Positions 55,018 through 62,510 of a stretch of DNA of 64,000 nt are shown here, piece by piece. Each line of letters starts with the position of its first letter. The stretch's first letter is position 1. Origin of the DNA: Phycisphaerae bacterium (GTDB lineage: Bacteria > Planctomycetota > Phycisphaerae > UBA1845). The notes beneath the pieces are model-generated. The model saw only the letters and a program-made list of their open reading frames with translations. It was not told the origin of the DNA and did not search any database. The stretch lies in contig CAXXGO010000006.1 of NCBI GenBank assembly GCA_963666835.2, forward strand, positions 2,571,743-2,635,742, given 5' to 3'. Both the position numbers and the translations under genes were made by a program.

Positions 55018-55225
55018 GGGTGCCCCGTCCTTCGCCCCCGGCGAAGGGTGGGGGATGGCCCCGCGCTGACTTCTCGACAAGCCTTCGCTGTCGCCTGTTG
55101 TAGTTCTTTCGCTCCGGTTTGGTCAAGCACGTCTCCGCATACGGGATGAACCGCTTGGGAAGGGGACTGCATTCTGCCCGAGGCGATCCGCCACCCCCCC
55201 CTTGCTGCGCAAGCATGGGGCGCCC
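55018..55225. repeat. array intergenic element, reference copy E4 (208 bp, inverted-repeat ends)
   Basis: The left end is GGGTGCCCCGTCCTTCGCC (hairpin 55023-55054). The reverse complement of the right end is GGGCGCCCCATGCTTGCGC (13/19 match). Internally it has TGTAGTTCTTTCGCTCCGGTTTGGTCAAGCACGTCTCCGCA and a second hairpin, CCCCCTTGC-TGC-GCAAG-CAT-GGGG. Confidence 0.8.
55097..55126 (-). promoter_or_regulatory. putative sigma70-like promoter inside E4 (TTGACC-N18-TACAAC, minus strand)
   Basis: The minus strand reads TTGACC (55126-55121), then 18 nt, then TACAAC (55102-55097). It lies about 45 nt upstream of the GC hairpin and about 85 nt upstream of the GTG at 55013. Confidence 0.3.
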
Positions 55226-55304
55226 ACGCGAATAGGCTCGGAGTTGGCTCCCTGCATCAACGGACTGCCAGGCGGTTCCGGGATTATCTGCCATCGTGGT
55301 GCAA

Positions 55305-55859
55305 TCAGGTAGACGGCGGAAACTCAAGTGGACAATGAGGCGGTTGTCCATCCACCGGAACATGCTTCTCCCAGGCCCCGTTGTCTTCTTCCTCCCAGTA
55401 GACGGCGCCGATGTCTGCACTCAGAAGCCACAGCCTACTATCAGTGTCCCAGTCGACGTTCCACGAGGATGTTCCGGCAGCTACCGACTCCACGTCCAAG
55501 ACAACGGCACCTGTTTCGGCGCGACAGATCAAGAACCCGACCGGTCCCGTATCATCGTGCCTTGTTGAGCCTGTCCAGACAAAATGACGGCCGTTGGGCG
55601 CCAAGGGGACTTTCCGCGGTGATCTCCAACCGGCATCTGTGACGCCTCTATCCACTTTCTCAAGACGCGCCTGCGCGAGCTTATACAAAGCGCGGTTCCT
55701 GCTGCGCTGCCTCTCCGTACACGAATACACCTGTATGCCGATCACGGCCAGGCCGATGATGTACGCGACACCTGAGACGATAGACCGCATGATCCCAGAA
55801 CCCCCTGTGTCTTCATGGTCGGTACGTCTCCACATGCCGGCGGCTGACGGGCTACTCAT
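55305..55859 (-). CDS. membrane-anchored hypothetical protein (array gene 5)
   Basis: Candidate ATG starts are at 55859, 55835 and 55790. The anchor is MRSIVSGVAYIIGLAVIGIQVY, followed by a soluble domain (...GRHFVWTGSTRHDDTGPVGFLICRAETGAVVLDVE...). I recognise no family. Confidence 0.45.
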   Translation of the reverse strand: MSSPSAAGMWRRTDHEDTGGSGIMRSIVSGVAYIIGLAVIGIQVYSCTERQRSRNRALYKLAQARLEKVDRGVTDAGWRSPRKVPLAPNGRHFVWTGSTRHDDTGPVGFLICRAETGAVVLDVESVAAGTSSWNVDWDTDSRLWLLSADIGAVYWEEEDNGAWEKHVPVDGQPPHCPLEFPPST

Positions 55860-55989
55860 CGAATCGAGTTCATCACTCGCACGGTCCTTCCGGGCTGGCG
55901 TTCCATCCGCCGCCCGCAGCGGAGAATGACGGACCCGGAGCCGAACACACGGTCCGAGTTCGCAATGAGCTTCGTCGACACGCCTTGTG

Positions 55990-56144
55990 GGCCGACGCAT
56001 ACTGTTGTACAGTTTCCTGCCGTCTTCGGCTGCACTTCCTTCACCCTGGTTTCGTCAAGTAAGTTCCCGAGAGCAGGATAAGCCGGTGTGGATGGTGGCC
56101 GGGTTTCGCCGGCTACCGTGTCGATCCGTCCCCCACCCTTGCTA
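55990..56144. repeat. array intergenic element, partial copy E5 (lacks GC hairpin)
   Basis: CTGTTGTACAGTTTCC..CTGGTTTCGTCAAGTAAGTTCCCGAGAGCAGGATAAGCCGGTGTGGATGGTGGCC..GGCTACCGTGTCGATCCGTCCCCCACCCTTGCTA aligns to the right two-thirds of E6. It overlaps the stop codon at 56142. Confidence 0.6.
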
Positions 56145-56783
56145 TAGCGAGATTCCCAAGTGCTCGCGCGATGGCGTGTCGTGCTCTTTGTGGTAACGGA
56201 TCAGTGAGGGATCGCTCTCGGCAGCTTCAGCGTATTCAGCCGGGCGAACTTTCTTGCTGCGGATATAGTACTCCGGGTATCCCGGTCGTAATCTACCGTC
56301 CTCTTGCCATTCTCGAACAACACCGTGGAGTCGTCCGCGCTGCCAGAATCGCTCGGTATAGACCTGCATTCCGTCCTCATTCCACCAGAGTTTGCACCCG
56401 TGATGGAGTCCATCGACAATATGCCTTTCCTCTGCGATTTTACCGTTCTCGTGCCACCAAATGTCCAGGCCAGTACCATTCGACATTTCGTACGTGCCGA
56501 GCAATGCGCCGTCGATACCGAACTGCCTCGCAACGCCGTGCTCCTTGCCGGTTTCGAAATGCGTCTTAAACCTGAGAATACCATTGGAGAACCAACGTCG
56601 CAGTGATCCCTGGCGGATTCCGCCGGACATCATCACCTCTTCAATGACTGCGCCCGTCTCGTCCCTGATCCGCCTCGCGATTTCCTCACCTGCGACAAAG
56701 CACGCATGCACGGTGTCGCCGTACTCATCGAGAGTGAGCAGACGCTCGTCAACACCCTCAGGTATGTCGCTCGGGTAAGCCAT
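56142..56783 (-). CDS. MORN-repeat-variant / YwqK-like protein (array gene 6)
   Basis: ATG at 56783 (the track start at 56813 is TTG). It has repeated G-x-x-x-W-x-x-N-G / HG units: GSLRRWFSNGILRFKTHFETGKEHG, GLDIWWHENGKIAEERHIVDGLHHG, KLWWNEDGMQVYTERFWQRGRLHG and VVREWQEDGRL. Confidence 0.65.
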   Translation of the reverse strand: MAYPSDIPEGVDERLLTLDEYGDTVHACFVAGEEIARRIRDETGAVIEEVMMSGGIRQGSLRRWFSNGILRFKTHFETGKEHGVARQFGIDGALLGTYEMSNGTGLDIWWHENGKIAEERHIVDGLHHGCKLWWNEDGMQVYTERFWQRGRLHGVVREWQEDGRLRPGYPEYYIRSKKVRPAEYAEAAESDPSLIRYHKEHDTPSREHLGISL

Positions 56784-56818
56784 TCTTTGCCGCGATTCTC
56801 CGACGTTGGCCAAGCTGC

Positions 56819-57184
56819 GGGTGCCCCGTCCTTCGCCCCTGGCGAAGGGTGGGGAATGGATCCGGAACCTGCTTCAGTCAGCGAATGCCAAACGTGGTCC
56901 GCCCGTACGTTGAGCAATGCGACGTTCACAGCGTGCCGATCTTGTACTGTTCCTGGTTGTAGTTGCTTCGGCCGGGTTTGGTCAAGTGAGTTTCCGCAAG
57001 CGGGATCAACCGGTGTAGATGGTGGCTGAAGTCCGCCCGTTACCGTGTCGATCCGTCCCCCACCCATTCCGGCGGGGAGTCGGCATGGCTACGGCAGCTC
57101 GGCAAACGCCGGAATGAATGGGGTACCCGCCTGGTTACCGTGTCGATCCGTCCCCCACCCTTGCTACGCAAAAGTGGGGCACCC
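56819..57184. repeat. array intergenic element, long copy E6 (366 bp, internal duplication)
   Basis: The left end is GGGTGCCCCGTCC (hairpin 56824-56854) and the right end is GTGGGGCACCC (57174-57184), with a perfect 9-nt inverted terminus. GTTACCGTGTCGATCCGTCCCCCACCC is duplicated at 57039 and 57134. The terminal hairpin is CCCCACCCTTGC-TAC-GCAAAAGTGGGG. Confidence 0.8.
56956..56985 (-). promoter_or_regulatory. putative sigma70-like promoter inside E6 (TTGACC-N18-TACAAC, minus strand)
   Basis: The minus strand reads TTGACC (56985-56980), then 18 nt, then TACAAC (56961-56956). Confidence 0.3.
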
Positions 57185-57212
57185 TCCTGTGGGTTGCCGA
57201 ATTGGTTACCGC

Positions 57213-59420
57213 CTACTTCGACTCGCCGAACTTGATCGTCGTTCCCTCCGTGGCCGAGCGGACGGCCGCGAAGCTGGCTTCGGTGACCATTTCCAACTCC
57301 GCAAACGGGATGGGCGGGGCGCCGCCTTCGGTAACGCGTTTGATGAACGTGGCCACCTCGGCCTTGTGCCCCTTCTCCTGGCGGATCTTCATCTTAGGAG
57401 CGCCGGGCCAGCCGAAGGACTCCAACTGCCGCCAATTGTCGATTACCAAAACGCGCCCCTCGCTGAAGATCTCCACGCGTTCCTTGGGATACGACTTCGG
57501 TCCGTTGGCCAGGTAATGCACGGTTCCGATGGAGCCGTCGGCGAACGTCATGTTGATCGTCATCTTGTCGTCGCGAATGCCGCCGGTTTCCGGCCCGAAC
57601 ATCACGGCGCTGGTTGACGAAATCGGGTGGCCTACCAGAAAGAGAATAAGGTCGATGAAGTGGCAGCCCTCGCCGATGATCCGGCCGCCACCGACTGCCG
57701 GATCGTGATGCCAGGAGTCCGGCGGGATGTCCCCGGCGTTGACCATCATGGTAATCGCCACCGGCTCGGCGCGGCCGGCAAGTAGCTGTTTCGCCTTGAC
57801 CGCGTGAGGAGCGAACCGCCGATTGAATCCCACCATTACAAGCTGGTCCGGATGGCGCGCGTGAGCTTCACGCACCAGCTCCAATCCTGCATGGTCGATG
57901 GCCAGTGGCTTCTCGATGAACACGTGTTTGCCGGCGTCGAGGGCTTCGGCGGCCATCGTGGCGTGCGTGTGGTGCGTCGTACTGACAAAGACCGTGCCGA
58001 CATCCGGCGACTCGATAACCGCGCGGTAGTCCGTGGCCGTCTCCGCAGCTTCGAACTTCTGCCCGGCGTGCGCGGCAGACACGCCGCCGGCACTGGCGAT
58101 CGCGTGGATGGGAATCCCGGTCTCTTTGATGGCCGGAAGAAGGACCAGCTTAGTGAAGTTGCCGGCGCCGATGACGCCGACTCCTGCGCGGCTTGGCCTG
58201 GCTGAGACGGTTGGCGCTTTCGGCCTGCGGATCACCCGGTTGGTTGGCGGGGGTTGATCCGGATAGGTCAGCACCACACCCAGCGCGCTGTTGTCATTCA
58301 GGATTATGTCGTAGGCGTCTTCGGGGCGAGCTTGTTCAATGCGTTTCGAGATCAGCGACTCGGCATCCAGTCTCTTCTGGGCTATCGCATCGAGAATCGC
58401 CTCGAAGTTCCGTGCCACCGTCCAACGAACATAGGGCAACGGGTAGTCCTGTACCCTCTGCTCGTAGGCGCTGTCGTAGCGACCCGGTCCGTACGAACAA
58501 GACACCTGGAACGACAGCTCCTTCTCATAGAAATCAGCTCGACGCAGGTTGAGGCCTATGACCCCGACGAGGACTATCCGGCCGCGCTTGCGGCACATCT
58601 CCGTGGCCTGATGAATGATCTCATCGCTTTTGGAGGAGGCCGTGATAATGACCCCGTCGACCCCGCGACCCTGGCTGAATGCCGTGGCCGCGACGACCGG
58701 GTTGGTTCCCTCGGAGACAGTCAGCGTGCGACATCCGAACTTCTCGGCGAGCTTGCACCGTTCACCGTTGACGTCGATCCCCAAGACGTTGGCACCATTA
58801 GCGCGGAGAAGCTGGGCGGCAATCAGACCCAGGAGCCCCAGCCCCACTACGACGAAATCTTCCCCTAAGGTCGGCTCCGCGAGACGGACCCCGTGCAGGG
58901 CAATCGCTCCGAGAACCGTCAGGCTGGCCTCGTCGTCCGATACTCCGTCCGGGATTCGCGCGGCCAGGGTCGCGGGCACGTGGACCATTTCCGCATGTGC
59001 GCCGTTCGAGGCCACGCGGTCCCCGATGGAGAAGCCCTGCACTCCGGCCCCGACTTCGACAACCCGTCCGACATTGCAGTAGCCCAGCGGGAGCGGCTCG
59101 TCGAGCCGGCTGAAGACCACCTCCAGCGTCGGCAGCAGACCGTCGGTCTTAACCTTCTGAAGCACCTGGCGGACTTTGTCGGGCTGGGCTCGAGCCTTGC
59201 CGATCAACCCGGCCTGGCTGAACTCGACTAAGGAGCGCTCGGTCCCGGCGGAGATCAGACTGCGTGTCGTCTGAATCAGCAGGTGCCCGGGCGACACTTT
59301 GGGACAAGGGACGTCCGCCAGCTCGATCTGCCCACTCCGAAGATGCTGCAAAACCTGTTTCACCAGCCGTTCTCCCAACAGTTGCCCGAGGTTCGGACGC
59401 TTCGTACACGTATGCGACAT
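57213..59420 (-). CDS. bi-domain oxidoreductase (N-terminal zinc-type alcohol dehydrogenase/MDR + C-terminal Gfo/Idh/MocA)
   Basis: ATG at 59420. The MDR part has PLGYCNVGRVVEVG...VVVGLGLLGLIAAQLL. The Gfo/Idh/MocA part has GVGVIGAGNFTKLVLLPAI...VFVSTTHHTHATMAAEALDAGKHVFIEKPLA. Confidence 0.85.
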   Translation of the reverse strand: MSHTCTKRPNLGQLLGERLVKQVLQHLRSGQIELADVPCPKVSPGHLLIQTTRSLISAGTERSLVEFSQAGLIGKARAQPDKVRQVLQKVKTDGLLPTLEVVFSRLDEPLPLGYCNVGRVVEVGAGVQGFSIGDRVASNGAHAEMVHVPATLAARIPDGVSDDEASLTVLGAIALHGVRLAEPTLGEDFVVVGLGLLGLIAAQLLRANGANVLGIDVNGERCKLAEKFGCRTLTVSEGTNPVVAATAFSQGRGVDGVIITASSKSDEIIHQATEMCRKRGRIVLVGVIGLNLRRADFYEKELSFQVSCSYGPGRYDSAYEQRVQDYPLPYVRWTVARNFEAILDAIAQKRLDAESLISKRIEQARPEDAYDIILNDNSALGVVLTYPDQPPPTNRVIRRPKAPTVSARPSRAGVGVIGAGNFTKLVLLPAIKETGIPIHAIASAGGVSAAHAGQKFEAAETATDYRAVIESPDVGTVFVSTTHHTHATMAAEALDAGKHVFIEKPLAIDHAGLELVREAHARHPDQLVMVGFNRRFAPHAVKAKQLLAGRAEPVAITMMVNAGDIPPDSWHHDPAVGGGRIIGEGCHFIDLILFLVGHPISSTSAVMFGPETGGIRDDKMTINMTFADGSIGTVHYLANGPKSYPKERVEIFSEGRVLVIDNWRQLESFGWPGAPKMKIRQEKGHKAEVATFIKRVTEGGAPPIPFAELEMVTEASFAAVRSATEGTTIKFGESK

Positions 59421-59890
59421 CGCAAGCGCCGTCCTGACTCGGTGCCGCCCCTATCGGGGCTCCCGTCACGCAACACCATCGTCCCCGTGGCTCGCGCCAC
59501 GGGCTAAGAAGAGCTGTCGCCCTTGCGGGCTTGCGTCATGCGCACCCGCGTTCCTGTGGCCTACGGCGAACCTGTCAACCCTGTCGGGCTGACATAACGG
59601 CGATCCTCTGGGAGGCGAGCCGGCCTGGCAATACCGAAATCGCCGTGGGCGAGCGGTGCCAGATTCTCCAAGACGCCGGGAAGCGACGCTTTAGCGTCGT
59701 TGTACTACTCAGCCGGGCTGCTTCCACCCAAGCGCGCAAACAAGGTCCGGTCGTAGTAGTATCGGAATGGCGATGCCCTCGGCAGGCGTCATTTTCGTCG
59801 CGCGCCGGCTGCGAGCAGCGTCCGTCCCGGTGTTTGCTCCGGCGGCAAGACTGCTGTTATTATCGGGCCGGTCGGTCCCGGGAATGGGGG

Positions 59891-62353
59891 ATGGCTGGTG
59901 TGTGGGCCGCAGAAGACCGATATCACCATGTGCTAACCGTGCCGACAGCTTTCCTTCTGACTGTGTGCCTGTGGGGCGCTGCCGCGGCCGTTGCGCTCGC
60001 CGCGCCGCCTGCGGCCGGCGGTGCGGTCAACGTGGCGTTGGGTAAGCCGTACGAAGTGACCCTGCCCCCATCCTACCGGTTGTGTACGGATCCGGGCGAT
60101 CTCGTTCAGCTTACCGACGGCATCAAAAGCGACGCGGACTGGCGAAGAACCAGTACAGTCGGCTGGCAAGACCCGGCTCCGCAGCCATCGATCCTGATCG
60201 ACCTGGGGAAGGTCGAGCCCATCGATGAGGTCCGGGTCCACACCGTCGGCGGGGGATTCGCCGGGGTGTTCTTTCCGCTTCAAGTCTCCGTGATGGTCAG
60301 CGATGACGGGCGTGTGTTCCACGCGGCGCGGGTGGAGAATCGCCCCGCAAAAGAGCCGGGAGGCCTGGCCGATTTCCGCAAGGTCCCGCACGTGATTCGG
60401 ATGACCAACCTGCAAACTCGCGGAAGATTTGTCCAGGTGGGTTTGGTGGCCAACCAGCGCTACCTCTTCGTTGACGAAATCGAGGTGATGCGCGGATCGC
60501 ACGACGTCGGAACCGTCCGCTTCGAGGAAGACAACAGATTCGTCCCAAACGACTGTTCGAGGGTGCTGGCGGCGGCTCGGCAATTCGATCGGGTCACGGC
60601 GGAGATCGGGCGATTCTCTGATGCGATAGACGGCGCAGATGGCGGCTTGGCATTCCGTGAGGCCGTCGACGAGCTGAAGACGCTGGCCCGGGCGACTCCG
60701 CCGCATGTCCCCTCGCGGGTTGAGCGGCTGGAGCGGCAACTTCGTTCCACGCGACTCCGTTGGCTGAACCACGACCGGGGTGACGAACTGCGGTGGTGGC
60801 AGGCCAATCCGATGGCTCAGCTTCGCCCGGGCGATGCGCTAAACGCCCCGAGTGAGCCACCGCGGGAGCTTGTCGTCGAACTGTGGCGCGGGGAGTACGA
60901 ATCCGCGGCCGTGAACGTGGCCGGCGGAGCAAGCGGGGACCGCAGTCTGATGATAGCGGTCTCGCCGCTGCGTACGCCGAGCGGAACGTACCTTCCGGCG
61001 GACGAGACGCTGACGTTCCGCCGCGCCGTATTGGTGGAGGCCCCCAATGCCGGGGTCGTCGGCGACGCGTTAGTGAAAATGGCGGATCGGATCCTCCCGC
61101 TCAAGGCGGGCAGCGCCAGCCAGTTCTGGCTCACGGTTCACAATCCCGATCTTCCGGCCGGGGAGTATCAGTTTGCCCTTCGGCTGGATGCCGGTGAGGC
61201 CGGCGGACCGCCTGGCATCACGATTCCGGGGCGGATCGTCGTGCATCCGCGGCAGATCCCCAAGGAGATCCCGCTCAAGACGATCAACTGGGCGTACCTG
61301 AGCCACCTGGGATATCCGGACAATGTTCTGCGGGCGGTAGTTGAGGATCTGCGGGATCATTACATCAACGTCTACGTGACGCCGAGTACGGAGGTTCCCG
61401 GAGCGGTGATCGGCTCCGACGGAGCCGTAAAGGTGGATTTCTCCAAGCTGGATCGGTCGCTGGATCTGTTTCCCGATGCCGACCGGTATCTCTTCTTCTG
61501 GGGTCTGACGTCTCGCAGCCTCGAGCGGTTCCGGCGGTTCGGTCCGTGGATGAGCGCAGAGTGGAAGGCCCGGATGGCCGAGTATCTTGCCGCTTGGGTA
61601 ACGCACCTGCGCGAGCAAGGGATAGGCTACGATCGGTTCGCGATGTATCCCTTCGACGAGAGTCTTTGCGATGCGTTCTTCGATCTGGCCAAGTTCATCA
61701 AGGAGACGGATCCACAGATCCAGGTGTTCGCCAACAGCGTGGGGCGCGGCGATCGCGACGTGAAGCGTTTCGCCGACTACGTGGATATCTGGTGTTTGTT
61801 GGAGACGTCGGGGAAGTCGGCTGGTGCTCGGGTGGTTCTCAAGGCTCGCGGTGGGAAGGAAAGGTGGCGTTACAACTGCGCCGGGGATGCCAAGTCGCTG
61901 TCGCCTTACGCGTATTATCGCCTGCAAGCCTGGCGGGCGTGGGCGGTTCAGGACACCGGAACGGCGTTCTGGGTTTACGCCAGCGGGCGGAGCCGCGGCT
62001 CGTGCAACGGCTGGGATGACTTCAGTTGCGGGCACGGCCGATGGTCCGTAGTGTACGATGGCGAAAATGCTCCCGTGGATGCCGCGGGCGAGGTTTATGT
62101 CCCTTCGCGACGCTGGGAGGCGTGGCGCGATGGTGTTGAAGACTACGTTTACCTTCATACACTACGAGAGCGGGTTAACGCGCTGCGGCGACGAGATCCG
62201 GCCGCGGCGTTGATTCGCGAGGCGGAGGGACTGCTGGATAGGGTCGTTCGCCGGGTGTTGGAGGACTCCGCCGATCCGGACCGGGCTTACGAGGCCCGCC
62301 GGCAGATTACCGATATGATCATCCGCCTTGATCGGGTGTTGGCAGGCCGTTGA
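59891..62353 (+). CDS. secreted discoidin (F5/8 type C)-like domain protein with DUF4091-like putative glycoside hydrolase region
   Basis: ATG at 59891 with hydrophobic leader TAFLLTVCLWGAAAAVALAAPP. The discoidin-like part is NVALGKPY...LTDGIKSD...ILIDLGKVEPIDEVRVHTVGG. The C-terminal W/Y-rich region (RWRYNCAG...YYRLQAWRAWAVQDTGTAFWVY...RRWEAWRDGVEDYVYL) resembles DUF4091. Confidence 0.6.
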   Translation: MAGVWAAEDRYHHVLTVPTAFLLTVCLWGAAAAVALAAPPAAGGAVNVALGKPYEVTLPPSYRLCTDPGDLVQLTDGIKSDADWRRTSTVGWQDPAPQPSILIDLGKVEPIDEVRVHTVGGGFAGVFFPLQVSVMVSDDGRVFHAARVENRPAKEPGGLADFRKVPHVIRMTNLQTRGRFVQVGLVANQRYLFVDEIEVMRGSHDVGTVRFEEDNRFVPNDCSRVLAAARQFDRVTAEIGRFSDAIDGADGGLAFREAVDELKTLARATPPHVPSRVERLERQLRSTRLRWLNHDRGDELRWWQANPMAQLRPGDALNAPSEPPRELVVELWRGEYESAAVNVAGGASGDRSLMIAVSPLRTPSGTYLPADETLTFRRAVLVEAPNAGVVGDALVKMADRILPLKAGSASQFWLTVHNPDLPAGEYQFALRLDAGEAGGPPGITIPGRIVVHPRQIPKEIPLKTINWAYLSHLGYPDNVLRAVVEDLRDHYINVYVTPSTEVPGAVIGSDGAVKVDFSKLDRSLDLFPDADRYLFFWGLTSRSLERFRRFGPWMSAEWKARMAEYLAAWVTHLREQGIGYDRFAMYPFDESLCDAFFDLAKFIKETDPQIQVFANSVGRGDRDVKRFADYVDIWCLLETSGKSAGARVVLKARGGKERWRYNCAGDAKSLSPYAYYRLQAWRAWAVQDTGTAFWVYASGRSRGSCNGWDDFSCGHGRWSVVYDGENAPVDAAGEVYVPSRRWEAWRDGVEDYVYLHTLRERVNALRRRDPAAALIREAEGLLDRVVRRVLEDSADPDRAYEARRQITDMIIRLDRVLAGR

Positions 62354-62510
62354 AATGGGGGGCCGGCTCCGAGCAGGTTTCCATTTACGGCGCCGGCAGA
62401 CGTCTTCGGCGAGGTGCCTGTACCCTGTTTCAACGGATTGTCAGGGGGTGCGGGGCGGAGAGTCCGGCGCGGAAGACCGGTCGTGGTACCGAGCAGGGAG
62501 ATTGCCGTAG

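Noticed and set aside
51911-55172. N-terminal extensions of track ORFs 51911..52657 and 54489..55172
   Set aside because: The extensions read through the palindromic repeat elements (peptides such as ...PPTLRRGRRMG... and ...PSPTLRRGRRTG...). In the first case they also run into the intron. Internal ATG or GTG starts just downstream of the hairpin are more plausible.
51767-56854. GC-rich hairpins and the F1/F2 cores as Rho-independent terminators
   Set aside because: None is followed by a U-tract. The GC hairpins lie upstream of start codons, not downstream of stop codons. The F2 cores are all on one strand regardless of the orientation of flanking genes. A terminator role remains possible only for the second hairpin (CCCCACCC..GTGGGG), which follows stop codons.
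50909-57212. Canonical integron cassette array with attC sites
   Set aside because: I found no RYYYAAC / GTTRRRY core sites at the element ends and no intI integrase or attI in the window. The elements are longer than typical attC sites and carry a promoter-like motif. I keep only the geometric analogy, as a hypothesis in the findings.
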